Of a stretch of DNA of 64,000 bases, positions 42,704 through 53,499 are shown in pieces; position 1 is the stretch's first letter; each line of letters opens with the position of its first letter. The position numbers and the translations under genes were made by a program. Below the pieces are notes generated by a model. That model was not told where the DNA came from and did not search any database. It saw nothing but the letters and a program-made list of their open reading frames with translations. The stretch is taken from assembly GCA_965215185.1 (NCBI GenBank), contig OZ244034.1:1280001-1344000 (forward strand), given 5' to 3'. Source of the DNA: Acidimicrobiia bacterium. GTDB lineage: Bacteria; Actinomycetota; Acidimicrobiia; Spongiisociales; ZC4RG35.

Positions 42704-43244
42704 GATCCGGCAAGGAACCGTGCCTCATCTATTGATTCTGTCACAAGACAGTTGGTTTTATTATTTGGGTACACCCTTAGCCCATCAAGGGGGGCGCGCT
42801 AAATCGCCAACCGCCCGCCCGAGCACCGCTACCATCTTCTTAGCCTGTTGCATTCTATCTAGAGATCCCATGTGGAGCCCAATCTGATTCCTGTTTGTTA
42901 GACGCTGCTTTGGGGGAACCTCCCTACATAACCAGAAGGGCTCGCCAGTACGGAGTTGCCGACTTCGACATCCGATCAGTGCTTGAGCACCCTCTGGAAA
43001 CCATGGCCTGTCGGAAGCACTTGATCTCAACCTGACGCAGTCAGTACAAACTCGGGGCGAGTGGAAGTTGGACGCGTCGGACCGGGCTAATGTGGTTGTG
43101 TATGCTGGGCACGGTGTTGATAGCCAGAAACTGGTGGTTTTCTAGTGGTTTTCGTAGACCGCTTCGAGGATCGGGTTTTTCACGCGGAGCGAGGTGAGCG
43201 CCACTTCGGATGGATGTCCCAATAAACACCAGAACCTCCGTGTA

Positions 43245-43703
43245 TCAGGGATAGGAATTTAGTTTTTTAGCGTCAGCGCCACTCAGGTCCGGTGGAATAC
43301 CAGGAGGTATTGACTCAAGGGTGACCCATCGCGGGACCGGCGGTCCCGCAGGGTTCGGTTCGTCTATGTCTACCAAGAATACATAGTCCTCTATTATGCG
43401 TTCCAGCACTTCTGCGGCATCGTCTAAAGTTAGGGGTGAGACAGTGTCGTTTCTAGCGGATGTCCATTGATAAAACCGCCATCCCGGTTGATCTCGCCCA
43501 GCAAAAAGTACCCAGCAAGGCACCCACGCATTCCCTCTGTGAGCAACCGAGGGGTCCAGGAGGCAGGGCAATTTGGGGTGTGGCTGACAAAGGAACCTGC
43601 CACTGAGGTTTTGCCATTCCCACCTGCTCGTCCCCGAGTAGGCCAACGCCCGATCCTGCGAGTATTGACGGGCTTCCGACTGCGTGGAAAAGGTTTGAAA
43701 CAT
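43245..43703 (-). CDS. Hypothetical protein (Trp/Pro-rich, 152 aa)
   Basis: Open frame whose ATG lies 2 bp after the stop of the truncated IS110 transposase; no recognised motif. Confidence 0.5.
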   Translation of the reverse strand: MFQTFSTQSEARQYSQDRALAYSGTSRWEWQNLSGRFLCQPHPKLPCLLDPSVAHRGNAWVPCWVLFAGRDQPGWRFYQWTSARNDTVSPLTLDDAAEVLERIIEDYVFLVDIDEPNPAGPPVPRWVTLESIPPGIPPDLSGADAKKLNSYP

Positions 43704-43705
43704 AC

Positions 43706-44160
43706 CTATTCCAAACGGCGGCGGAGTTGGCGGTTGGGACGGTTCACTTCCGCCACCTCGACACCGATGCTCATGAGGTGGCGGGTCAGGCCGGCGCCGT
43801 AGCTGCCGGTGCCCTCTATACCGACCTGGGCCACTCGACCCCAGGACCCCAGCCAGTCGCCCAGTTGTTCATAACCGGTGGCGTCGGCGCTGAAGGTTGC
43901 CGTGTCCAAAAGTCGACCGGTGGCATCCACCACCGCCGCGACATGAACATCACGGTGGGTGTCAACCCCACCGAACACAATCCGATCATCCTCTGACACG
44001 AGCTGCTTCTCCTTCAATTCGAATCCGTTTCTGTTCTCCCTGACCCGAAAAAGCGGGTGGACAGACCGCTCTGTGAGTATTAGGGAGGCCTCGTAGAGAT
44101 TGCCAGGAGTGGCGTCAGCGGCGGTGTCGTGACCCGGGACCACTCTGACCTTTGTGTCTT
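43706..44160 (-). mobile_element. IS110 5' part: left non-coding region plus DEDD N-terminus
   Basis: GGVDTHRDVHVAAVVD...EGTGSYGAGLTRHL...RPNRQLRRR, same family as 2414; preceded by ~160 bp of non-coding leader. Confidence 0.9.
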
Positions 44161-44655
44161 TCACCTGATATGTCCGACACCGCCGTGGCGCCTTCTGGGC
44201 GCTTGCGTTGCTGGCCTGATCAGAAGCTTGTCCACCCCTGGGGGGTGTGACCCTTCACAATGTTGCCGTCACGGATTTGCACCCTCTTGGGGCACAACCC
44301 AATTTTGCACAAGAAAGAGAGGTTTTCTTATGTTGGCCACAATGGTAGATCATGTGATCGGGATCGATCCTGATCGTGACCGGGTCACCGCGTCGGTAGT
44401 GGACACTGCAACTACCGGAGAACAAGCGTCTGCGGTGTTCGAAACCACCAGGGCGGGGTATGACCGGCTGTTGGAATGGGCCAACCGGCATACCACCGCC
44501 TCTGATCGAGTGTGGTCTGTGGAAGGCACAGGCAGTTACGGAGCTGGTGTGACCGCCCATTTGATTGCTTGTGGGGAACTGGTGACCGAGTTCAACAATC
44601 CCATCCCTACCCGCGACGGCGCCAAAACCGACGCTTTGGACGCCCGACGCGCCGT
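44161..44655 (+). mobile_element. Second, divergent IS110 subfamily: left non-coding region plus truncated transposase (ATG 44330)
   Basis: VIGIDPDRD, WSVEGTGSYGAG, GAKTDALDARRA, then truncation. Confidence 0.85.
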
Positions 44656-44905
44656 GGGGGTGTGGCAGTGCCGGTGCCCGCATAAGGGGGGATTCACAAG
44701 GGTTCTGAATTGTGGTGTCCCCTCTCTCGCGATTGCGGGTGTCCTCCCGGGAACCCTTGTTAAGTCGCAGGTCAGAGATGGTGGCCAACACCCAAAGCTG
44801 AGGGCCCAAAACCTGTTGGATGACCCGCGGTGGCCGCAGATAGGGTGTCAGCTATGGGACGAGAGCCGCCTCAAGAGCTCGAACCGCGTCGCTATGCGCC
44901 GCCTC

Positions 44906-45160
44906 CTAGCCGTCGGCCCGCCGGTCCAACGTCCCATCCGAGGCCGGTCCAAGGGTTGTCGCCAGATAGCCCAACACAGCCCGCGGTTTCCACTCATCCA
45001 TGGGGAACCATTCCAAGAAATCCGCCAGAGAAGCACCGCACTCCAGGTTCGCGAATAGGTGTCCCACAGGTACCCGGGTTCCGACAAATACCCAAGCGCC
45101 GCTGACCTTGCCCGGGATGCGCTCCACGGCCGGGCAGTCATCCCAATTGATGCCTGCCAT
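44906..45160 (-). CDS. DUF433-family protein (putative antitoxin)
   Basis: W..CPAVERIPGKVSGAWVFVGTRVPV..LF.NLE.GAS..DFLEWFP. Confidence 0.88.
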   Translation of the reverse strand: MAGINWDDCPAVERIPGKVSGAWVFVGTRVPVGHLFANLECGASLADFLEWFPMDEWKPRAVLGYLATTLGPASDGTLDRRADG

Positions 45161-45794
45161 TAAAGGATCCTTTCTTCTCTGCTTCATCCAGCCAACCGTC
45201 CACCACTCTCGCAGGGATGTTAAAACCAGGGTGTGACGCAAGCTGATAGGGTTTCAGGACGAGGTTTGTCCGTAGAACTGCTGTCGCCCCTGGTTCTGGT
45301 TCTTCCGGTGGGCCAGTCCCAAATGTTTGGTCCAAGCATGAAAGTTCATCTGGACAACCCTCTTTTACCTTTCTGATCCGCCGGGACATGAGCATAGGTG
45401 TCATCCTATGGGGCCGGTGCGACAACTCCCGGTAAGTGCCTGCGTAAACTGACGACAGCAAAGCGGGCGTCAGATCGCCGGTTCTGGCGGCTGATCGCCA
45501 ACGGTCGAAAAGTGCTCCGAGCCGATCATAGGACTGGTGCCGCCACACCTGTGGAATAGCCTGTCCTAGGGATAGCAACTCGCCGCCGTCGGCGACTGCA
45601 ACTGCTTGATCTTCCGCGTCAAGCCATCGACAGAAAACGGACGACAACTCCTGCAGATGCCTCCGTGCCAGCCTCGCGTCGCTCTCGAAGATCTCCTCCG
45701 GGTCGTCGTTTGTGCCACGGCCGATGCCAAGGGTGGCACGAGCCACGGTAGCACCCGCAGGCGACACATCGAGAGCGACGACGTTAAGGTTCAA
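45138..45794 (-). CDS. Hypothetical protein (possibly the 3' part of a frameshifted gene)
   Basis: 218-aa ORF overlapping the DUF433 start; no recognised motif. Confidence 0.4.
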   Translation of the reverse strand: MNLNVVALDVSPAGATVARATLGIGRGTNDDPEEIFESDARLARRHLQELSSVFCRWLDAEDQAVAVADGGELLSLGQAIPQVWRHQSYDRLGALFDRWRSAARTGDLTPALLSSVYAGTYRELSHRPHRMTPMLMSRRIRKVKEGCPDELSCLDQTFGTGPPEEPEPGATAVLRTNLVLKPYQLASHPGFNIPARVVDGWLDEAEKKGSFNGRHQLG

Positions 45795-46248
45795 GGACGC
45801 CAGGCTCTGCGCGACAACCGATATCCCCGTGAATGCGAAGCGGCGTTGCGCCGATACAAGGCAAGCCCACCGTCCAACCGCTCATGCGTCGGCCAACCAA
45901 GTGAACTGTACTCAGGCGTCAGTAACGACCGATCCCCGTCGAGCAACACTTTGAAAGCTATTTCACACCCATCGCCAACTGTCTCGTATTGTGGACTGGC
46001 CCTGTGACACATCCCCGACCACACCGGCCGGGTTCCTTCGCGGCGGGTGTGGTCGCCACACCTTCTGAGCTCCGGATCCAACCGGACTCAAGGGGAAGAT
46101 CGTCCACCGGGTCAGTGAACAGAACAGCCGGGCTGGCTGTAGGCCGCCAGTCTACGAAAGAGCGGAGGGGGTTTGCCAGGCTTACAAGGAGCCGAAGACA
46201 GCGGTGCGGGCCGTGTAACAGAGAACCCCGAACACCGAGCATCTCTGT

Positions 46249-46530
46249 GTGGATGCCCGCTTGGACCGGATTGTCCTTGAGGTGAGCAAACGTTCATCGG
46301 GAGGAATCGAGGCCAGAGGGATGGCGCCCACTTGGCGGGCGCGGCTAACGGAACTGCAGCTCACCCAGAAGGTAGTGGAAGTGTATGCACCTTTGCTGGG
46401 AAACACGCGGAGAGGGAGAATCAGAGTTGCCGCCACCGACCACATTTGGCTGGAGGACCGGGTGGGATTCGACTACTACCTACCCATAGAAGAGATGACA
46501 GCGGTGATCCGCCCCGTGCCCACTGGTTGA
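46249..46530 (+). CDS. Small hypothetical protein
   Basis: 93-aa ORF converging on the HTH gene; protein-like composition. Confidence 0.45.
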   Translation: MDARLDRIVLEVSKRSSGGIEARGMAPTWRARLTELQLTQKVVEVYAPLLGNTRRGRIRVAATDHIWLEDRVGFDYYLPIEEMTAVIRPVPTG

Positions 46531-46542
46531 ATCGCCGACTGC

Positions 46543-46782
46543 TTACCCGGCTGCATCCTGGGTTGTCGTAGGCTTGGGACAGACGGGGTGGGACCTTATG
46601 TAGTCGATTACTTCCGAATATATAAACCGGTAGACCCGCGAACCCGGCAACTGATAGGCGGGAAGACGGCCCTCTCGAGCATACTTACGAACCATCTGCA
46701 CATTCATGCGTAGCAACTCCGCGACCTGTGCAGTGTCGATCACGGATGGGTAGGCGGTTGCTTCTCTATGTGTTTCTATCAT
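46543..46782 (-). CDS. Excisionase-like (HTH_17) DNA-binding protein
   Basis: IDTAQVAELLRMNVQMVRKYAREGRLPAYQL....YRF; RBS GAGGT upstream. Confidence 0.85.
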   Translation of the reverse strand: MIETHREATAYPSVIDTAQVAELLRMNVQMVRKYAREGRLPAYQLPGSRVYRFIYSEVIDYIRSHPVCPKPTTTQDAAG

Positions 46783-46959
46783 GTTCTACCTCACTTGTTA
46801 TTATCTTAAGATATTTTACTAATAAAAGACGTAATCACAAACCTTTTGAGTCGCCTCTTTTTCGCGAAATGGTCGTGAATGCTGGAGTGACGGGTGTCTC
46901 GGTAAACCCTGCGACCAGAAAATGAGCCTTCGTTGTGCCGGTAAGACACGCCAAGGCAA

Positions 46960-47035
46960 TGGCAGCCCCGACCGGGTTCGAACCGGCGTTACCGGCTTGA
47001 GAGGCCGGCGTCCTAGGCCACTAGACGACGGGGCC
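46960..47035 (-). tRNA. tRNA-Glu (anticodon CTC)
   Basis: GGCCCCGTCGTCTAGTGGCCTAGGACGCCGGC-CTCTCAA-GCCGG...GGTTCGAACCCGGTCGGGGCTGCCA. Confidence 0.96.
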
Positions 47036-47060
47036 AACAAGACCGGATGATACCCGGACT

Positions 47061-47135
47061 TGGCTCGGGGGGAAGGACTCGAACCCTCAATAACAGGGCC
47101 AGAACCTGTCGTGTTACCTATTACACCACCCCCGA
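47061..47135 (-). tRNA. tRNA-Gln (anticodon CTG)
   Basis: TCGGGGGTGGTGTAATAGGTAACACGACAGG-TTCTGGC-CCTGT...GGTTCGAGTCC...CCGAGCCA. Confidence 0.96.
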
Positions 47136-47695
47136 GGGCGCCCTTCAGCATACCAGGTCCTCCACGAGCCCATTCTGGGAATCTGATCGACTGCACGCTA
47201 CCCGATCCCTGTTCCCATCCAGTCAGACTCGCGGTCGTCCAATCAGTGGCGTCCCTGCACCTCAGGCAACTATCGGAGGGCATCCAGTCCGGGGAATCAA
47301 ACGACCCTTTGGAAGGGTTGGATGAGGCACTGACTACGGTAAGGGCTTCCTCATGATCAATGTCGTTGGCAACAAGAGCAATGACGACACGCTCAACGGC
47401 CATTTCTTTCCTTCACTGGGTACCCGGGTTTGGTGGCAGGCCACCTGGCCTCCGAGAGTTCCCGACCGTTAAGACACCCACTGCACTCCTGTTAACTCAA
47501 CCGAGCGCAAGGCTTTAACGAGAGGTAACTCTCGGCAAAATATCAACATAGTACGCAATGTTTACAATCCCCAAATATTTTGATGAACTGGAATCTGTCT
47601 CTTTATAACCTGCCAGACGCCGGGTCCAATTGGCAAATGTTTTACCACAATGTTCAATACTTTAGAGAGTTATTATTAACTGCACCAAACTATCC

Positions 47696-48163
47696 TTGGT
47701 GCTCCCTGTAGTGAAACCTATCACAGTCTCCGTTGACATTGCGGCGCCCCCTGAGACAGTTTGGGCAAAACTAGCCGACCTCTCCTCTCACTCGGAGTGG
47801 ATGAGCGATGCTGTCTCCATCGCTTTCGCGACCAAACAGCGCCGGGGGATCGGGGTGAGAATGGAAGTGCCCACCCGTGTAGGACCTATTTGCGTCACGG
47901 ACATCATGGAGGTGGATGCATGGACCGAGGGCAAACTGATCGGTGTTCGCCATGTGGGTAGAATCAGCGGCTGGGGGCGTTTCGACCTGTCTGCCAATGC
48001 CTCCGGGACCCGCCTCACCAGGGTGGAGCAACTCCGGTTCCCGTGGTATATGGGCGGTGTTCTTGCGGAATGGTTTTATCAACCCGCCCTCCGCTGGATC
48101 TTTAGAGCCAACCTGACCAGTTTCCAACGGTGGATTGAAGCCGGCAGCAAAGAAGTTGTCTAG
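47696..48163 (+). CDS. SRPBCC (polyketide cyclase/START-like) family protein
   Basis: IAAPPETVW..L.D...WM, G.G, F.L....GTR. Confidence 0.85.
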   Translation: MVLPVVKPITVSVDIAAPPETVWAKLADLSSHSEWMSDAVSIAFATKQRRGIGVRMEVPTRVGPICVTDIMEVDAWTEGKLIGVRHVGRISGWGRFDLSANASGTRLTRVEQLRFPWYMGGVLAEWFYQPALRWIFRANLTSFQRWIEAGSKEVV

Positions 48164-48930
48164 GTTCCCCCGAAGGTTGCCCGCCGTTTCTCGATAAAGG
48201 CCTCCACCCCTTCCCGGGCGTCATCGCTCCAAAAGCAGTCCAAGAAGGCTCGACGCTCGACTTCCATGGCCTCACGCAGGTGAAGCCCCAACCCTCCGAT
48301 CAGAGCCCGCTTGGCGGCCCCCAATGCTACGGTGGGACCTTTCGCCCACCGTTGGGTGTCCTCCATGGCCCGGTCCAACAGTTCATCAGATGGGAACACC
48401 TTATCCGCCAACCCCATTTCCAGTGCTTCGGGCGCCGGCACGAACCTGCCCGAGAAGACGACCTCCTTGGCTTTCTGGAACCCGATCAGACGTGCCAGCC
48501 GCTGAGTTCCTCCTGCTCCGGGAATGATCCCCAACTTGATCTCAGGCTGTCCCACCTGGGCGTCTTCCGCCAAGTAGCGGAAATCACACCCCATGGACAA
48601 CTCCAGACCTCCTCCCAGTGCGTATCCGAAAATGGCGGCGATGGTTGGTTTGGGCAGCGCCTCCAATCTCCAGATGGCGTCCACCAATTCCGAGGCCAGG
48701 TCATCGGTCATCTTCCCGGAGTCATGAGCAGACTGAAACCCCTTGATATCGGCTCCGGCCGCAAAGTGGGGCTGACCAGTAACAATCACCGCCCGCACTC
48801 CTGGATCCTCCGCCCTGGCAAAGACCTCGTTCAACTCCGTCGACAACTCCAAAGAAAGCGCATTCACGGGAGGACGGTTGAGGCGCACCACTGCCACCGC
48901 ACCCTCCACCGAGTATTCGACCATTGACAT
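48160..48930 (-). CDS. Enoyl-CoA hydratase/isomerase
   Basis: LNRPPVNAL, FAAGADI, GYALGGGLEL...CD, PEIKLGIIPGAGGTQRL. Confidence 0.95.
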   Translation of the reverse strand: MSMVEYSVEGAVAVVRLNRPPVNALSLELSTELNEVFARAEDPGVRAVIVTGQPHFAAGADIKGFQSAHDSGKMTDDLASELVDAIWRLEALPKPTIAAIFGYALGGGLELSMGCDFRYLAEDAQVGQPEIKLGIIPGAGGTQRLARLIGFQKAKEVVFSGRFVPAPEALEMGLADKVFPSDELLDRAMEDTQRWAKGPTVALGAAKRALIGGLGLHLREAMEVERRAFLDCFWSDDAREGVEAFIEKRRATFGGT

Positions 48931-49363
48931 CAGAAAGCCTCCATAATCCGCTCGTCACATCGGGGACTCCCCCGAGATTACACCTCTGATTCCCCCGTCC
49001 TGGCAAAGGACCAGCAAAGCCGCGACCTTTTCCACGGCGTTGCGGTTGAAATGTGTCCCACACTGGTAACAGCCAGACACCAACCGGTCTGACTCCGACG
49101 TCGTTCAGACCGTACATGGGATCATCTTTTGCATAAAGCTTCCTCCGGGAGCCTGGCGCAGCACGTGTTACCTATGGTTCGGTGGCGGAGGGGGTGGGCC
49201 CATCGGCCAGCAGTTAGTCGGTGTTTTTCGCGAATTAGTGTCGTAACTTGGCGAGAGACACCATTTAATCCGACCAGCAACACCCCGCCAACTCCCACCT
49301 CCGCCCCTTCAACCGACCTCGGCATCCTCAAAGAGGCGCGCAGATGAGCCAAGTTGGGTGGGG

Positions 49364-51391
49364 CTAGCGGACCGGGTACTCCACGAAAGTCACCCGATCC
49401 CAGGTGTCCATCTGGTGAACGGCGATTCCGATCGGAGTTATCGAATAGATCCGATCATCGATGATGATGACCCGCTGGGGAACGGCTTGTTCCACCTTTC
49501 TGGCGTCGGGGGATTTCTCTCCCACCGGCCCGTCGGAGAGCGGACGGAGCAGAGCCTCCAAGAACAGATCGGCATAATCCACTTCGATCGCCACCACCCC
49601 TGCGTCCTGCTGATAGTCCGAATCATCCCACCAGTACGCACCGTAGGGAATCAACACCAAACCATCGAAGAAGACAAACGCCCGGTGATCGCCTTGCACG
49701 GGCGACCAGCTGTAGTCGGGTTCCTGTCCGTCCTCGTCAAAGGGACGGATCTGAGCGACGCGGATAGGATCGGTCGGGTCGGAGACATCAAAAAGGGAAA
49801 CCTGCAAACCTTCCACTCTCCCCTCCAGCGAAGCGTCCTGGCCCACTCCCAGGAGCAGGTCGTCTCCAACCGGATGCAGATAGGAGGAAAAGCCCGGAAT
49901 CTTCAGTTGTCCCAGCACCTGAGGATCGAACGGATCGGAGAGATCCAGGGCGTAGAGAGGATCGACCTGACGGAAGGTGACCACATAGGCATCGGGTCCC
50001 ATGAATCTGACCGCGAAGATACGCTCCCCCTCCCCCAGGCCCCCCACCGAACCGACCTCCTCCAGTACCCCGCCGTCGGGACGGAGTACGGTTACATGAC
50101 TCTCCGACTCGTCGGACCACCACCAAGGTGGCGAGGTGGTGGCCGCCACCCGCAAATCTCCTTGGTATTCGTCCATGGAAAACTGGTTCAACAGAAATCC
50201 GGCCACTTCCCCGCTGGCTTCATAGACCGGGCGGTTGACCCGGGAGGTATTGAATTTGTGGATCAGGGTCGTGTAGCCCGACGATTCAGACAGCATGTCG
50301 TTCTCGGGAAGAGCCCGCCAGTCAACCCACCGAGAAGTGGCCACATAGACGCTGTCAGCGGTGGCGTAAATGGTATCCCCCTGGGCTACAACGCTGGCCA
50401 CTGTCCAATCGGCTATTCCTTCCGTGAGATCGAAGAGGGCGATGGAAAGGGTGTTCAACCCTGAGAAGATTCCCGGCGCCAATACATTGGAGCAGTCAGC
50501 CAATTGGCCCCATTCGGTCTCGCCGCTCTCCGAATCATCAAGAACGTAGGCCGGCAGCCAGTTGTCCAGGGTGGAGTTTCGGACCAGTTCCCGGTTGGCC
50601 TCAATAGCCTCCTGCTCGGAGCGCAGGCCACTGCCACTGGGCCGTTCCCATTCCATCCCCACCGGATTGGAGGTGATCACCAGCCGCGCGGTCCCATCGG
50701 ACAAACGGGCGCCGTTGTAGATGCCGTCCACGCTCAGATCCGCTACCACCTCGGGCGATTCCCGATCGGAGATGTCAACTTGGGCGATCCGCGTTACCGG
50801 TCCCACCCGCCACTCTCCAGCTATCAGCAACAACATGTCCTCGTGAATCAGCATCTCGCGAGGTTGGAAACCGACATCGAGCGAGGAGCGCACTGTCAGC
50901 CCACCGTCGTTCACTTCAACGATGCGCAACAGATTGCGGACATGATAGATATAGTGGCCGTCGGTCTTGACCAAGTCGGCCTCGTCCACTCCGGTCACTT
51001 GCACGTTGGTGCCGGTGAACGAAGGCGCCGACTGCGCAGAGTCGGCAGAGGCTGCCGCGGTGTCCGCCATGGCCTCTTCCGCCATGTCGTCACCTCCAAA
51101 TGTCCTAAAATCTCCCCCTCCTAATCCATAAGGACCTACCAACTCCAAGGCGTTCTCGATGTAGTAGTCCAATATGGCGTCGCAACTGCCAAAAGACCGA
51201 AGCCCTACCGTGAGAAGCACAGGATCGCCGGTGGTGGGAGTCGGGGTCCCGGTGCTCGAAGTGGGTTGATCGGTCGGCGTGGCAGTCGTATCGGTTGTCA
51301 CCACGGTGGTGGTGCTTTGATCCGAGTCATCGGAGCCGCAGGCCGAAGCCAGGAGCATCCCGGCCAAGGCCAAAGCCAGTAAACGTTTCAT
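49364..51391 (-). CDS. Secreted lipoprotein with beta-propeller domain (Beta_propel family)
   Basis: Lipobox LASAC; TNVQVTGVDEADLVKTDG, LNQFSMDEY, E.I.AVRF, VTFRQVDPL, LKIPGFSSYLHP. Confidence 0.92.
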   Translation of the reverse strand: MKRLLALALAGMLLASACGSDDSDQSTTTVVTTDTTATPTDQPTSSTGTPTPTTGDPVLLTVGLRSFGSCDAILDYYIENALELVGPYGLGGGDFRTFGGDDMAEEAMADTAAASADSAQSAPSFTGTNVQVTGVDEADLVKTDGHYIYHVRNLLRIVEVNDGGLTVRSSLDVGFQPREMLIHEDMLLLIAGEWRVGPVTRIAQVDISDRESPEVVADLSVDGIYNGARLSDGTARLVITSNPVGMEWERPSGSGLRSEQEAIEANRELVRNSTLDNWLPAYVLDDSESGETEWGQLADCSNVLAPGIFSGLNTLSIALFDLTEGIADWTVASVVAQGDTIYATADSVYVATSRWVDWRALPENDMLSESSGYTTLIHKFNTSRVNRPVYEASGEVAGFLLNQFSMDEYQGDLRVAATTSPPWWWSDESESHVTVLRPDGGVLEEVGSVGGLGEGERIFAVRFMGPDAYVVTFRQVDPLYALDLSDPFDPQVLGQLKIPGFSSYLHPVGDDLLLGVGQDASLEGRVEGLQVSLFDVSDPTDPIRVAQIRPFDEDGQEPDYSWSPVQGDHRAFVFFDGLVLIPYGAYWWDDSDYQQDAGVVAIEVDYADLFLEALLRPLSDGPVGEKSPDARKVEQAVPQRVIIIDDRIYSITPIGIAVHQMDTWDRVTFVEYPVR

Positions 51392-51481
51392 AGTTGTCCC
51401 TTTTTCATCTCACGTTAGGCGTCTGCCAGCGCCTAACTACCAAGACGTGCTACCTGGCAAAAGGTTGCACTTTCGGATGGT

Positions 51482-52333
51482 TCACCGCCGCGCCGCGGAG
51501 GCCATCTCTTCCACCGCCGAAGCCAATGATCGGCCCGCGGCATCGGCGTTGGCCGATTCCAGAACCCGGCGAACCAAAGCGGTTCCAACGATGAAGCCGT
51601 CCGCCAACCGGGCAGCTATGGCCGCCTGGTCCGGATTGGAGATCCCCACTCCCAATACCACCGGAATGTCAGTCACCCCCCGGATGCTTGCCACCAGTTC
51701 CTCCACCCGGCTGCTCCATTCGCTTCTTTCTCCGGTGACACCGAGGTTGGCTACCGCGTAAATGAAAGCCGGCTCCGCCTCCGCTACTGCCCTGATGCGG
51801 TCGTACCCGGATGTGAGCGCCACGAACAGCACCATTCCCAGACCGTAACGGCGAGCCGCCTCGCTCAATGGTCTTGCCTCCTCGAATGGCAAATCGGCAA
51901 CAATCATGCCCGCTGCCCCTGCTTCAGCCAGACGATCACAGAACCAATCCGCGCCGCGGCGGAACACCGGGTTGGCGTAGGTCATGGCCAAAGAAGGAAG
52001 AGCGGTGGTCTCGGCCACCTCACCCAGAATGGAGAGGCTTTCGTCCAAAGTGGCCCCCGCTGCTATGGCCTGTTCGCTTCCCCGACAGATGACCGGCCCG
52101 TCCATGAGCGGGTCAGAATACGGAATGCCCACTTCGAAACCGTCGGCGCCAGCCTCTGCCATCGCCTGGAACAGGCGGGGAGAGGAAGCCGGATCGGGAA
52201 GTCCGGCGGTGAGGAATGGAAGAAACACCGACCGGTCCTCCCGACGGGCGGTCACGAACATGTCGGCAATCCGTTCGGCGCCTGATCGCATATGAGCGGC
52301 TCCCGCGGTGGTACCCGCCTGTTCGGCGCTCAT
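51482..52333 (-). CDS. trpA: Tryptophan synthase alpha chain
   Basis: [37 protein letters not shown]. Confidence 0.96.
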   Translation of the reverse strand: MSAEQAGTTAGAAHMRSGAERIADMFVTARREDRSVFLPFLTAGLPDPASSPRLFQAMAEAGADGFEVGIPYSDPLMDGPVICRGSEQAIAAGATLDESLSILGEVAETTALPSLAMTYANPVFRRGADWFCDRLAEAGAAGMIVADLPFEEARPLSEAARRYGLGMVLFVALTSGYDRIRAVAEAEPAFIYAVANLGVTGERSEWSSRVEELVASIRGVTDIPVVLGVGISNPDQAAIAARLADGFIVGTALVRRVLESANADAAGRSLASAVEEMASAARR

Positions 52334-53499
52334 AGCCGGTCCACCAACATCTCCATGTCTTTGTCGCCCCTACCCGACAGGTTGATCAGCACCGTCTTGT
52401 GCCGAAGAGCCGCCGCCTCCTTGGCTACCCAGGCCACCGCATGAGCACTCTCCAAGGCGGGGATGATTCCCTCGGTGTGTGCCAAAAGCCTCACCCCGTC
52501 GAGCGCCTCCCGGTCGGTGATCGAAACATATCGAGCCAAGCCCGCCTCCTGAAAGTAGGAGTGCTCCGGTCCCACTCCCGGATAGTCGAGACCCGCCGAG
52601 ATTGAATGAGCCTCCAAGACCTGCCCATCATCGTCCTGCAGCATGTAGGTCCAGGCGCCGTGCAGGATCCCCGGGCTACCCGCTCCGATAGAAGCTCCGT
52701 GACGGCCCGTTCCGATCCCGTCGCCGCCGGCCTCGACTCCCACCAATTCCACCCCCGTTCCCGCCAATGGCCAGAACATGCCGATGGCGTTGGACCCTCC
52801 TCCCACGCAGGCCACCGCCACGTCAGGCAATTGCTCGGACTGTTGGAGTATCTCCTCCCCGATCACTTTCTGCAACTCCCTGACGATCCAGGGAAAGGGA
52901 TGGGGACCGACCACCGAGCCGATCACGTAATGGGTTTCTTCCACAGTACGCGCCCAGTCCCGCATGGCTTCGCTCACCGCGTCCTTGAGTGTCCCCGCTC
53001 CCGATGAAACTCCGATCACTTCACTGCCCAGGATCTTCATGCGGGACACATTGGGCGCTTGGCGGCGAATGTCAACCACACCCATGTACACCTGGCACTC
53101 CAACCCCAGCACCGCCGCCGCGGTGGCGGTTGCCACTCCGTGCTGCCCCGCCCCTGTCTCGGCGATAATGCGCGGCTTGCCCATCCGGTGAGCCAACAAA
53201 CCCTGACCGAGGGCGTTGTTGATCTTGTGAGCGCCGGTGTGGGCCAGATCCTCGCGCTTCAACCACACCTCCACCCCCAACCGCTCACTCAAACGGTGAG
53301 CCGGGTAAAGCGGTGTGGGGCGGCCCACGTACAAGTCCAACAGGCGATGATACTCCCCCACGAACAACGGGTCGGACCAGGCGGAAGCAAACTCCTCCTC
53401 CAACTCCTCCAGCGCCGACATCAAGGTCTCGGGAGCGAACTGGCCGCCGTAATCACCAAAACGACCCCGGTCATCGGGACGGTGCAGTCGGGGTTTCAT
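52330..53499 (-). CDS. trpB: Tryptophan synthase beta chain
   Basis: [49 protein letters not shown]. Confidence 0.98.
   Translation of the reverse strand: MKPRLHRPDDRGRFGDYGGQFAPETLMSALEELEEEFASAWSDPLFVGEYHRLLDLYVGRPTPLYPAHRLSERLGVEVWLKREDLAHTGAHKINNALGQGLLAHRMGKPRIIAETGAGQHGVATATAAAVLGLECQVYMGVVDIRRQAPNVSRMKILGSEVIGVSSGAGTLKDAVSEAMRDWARTVEETHYVIGSVVGPHPFPWIVRELQKVIGEEILQQSEQLPDVAVACVGGGSNAIGMFWPLAGTGVELVGVEAGGDGIGTGRHGASIGAGSPGILHGAWTYMLQDDDGQVLEAHSISAGLDYPGVGPEHSYFQEAGLARYVSITDREALDGVRLLAHTEGIIPALESAHAVAWVAKEAAALRHKTVLINLSGRGDKDMEMLVDRL

Noticed and set aside
46819-47403. 194-aa ORF
   Set aside because: It runs through two tRNA genes; only the first ~60 codons could be real and they match nothing I recognise.
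49358-50464. Long antisense ORFs (e.g. 49358..50464, 4023..4970, 57540..58403, 40046..41026)
   Set aside because: They are shadow frames of well-supported genes in GC-rich DNA. Only the DUF2442-like segment of 40046..41026 was kept.
51414-51437. GTTAGGCG...CGCCTAAC as an integron attC site
   Set aside because: It is only 24 bp, the boxes are in the wrong order for attC, and there is no integrase or array; at most a hairpin or operator.
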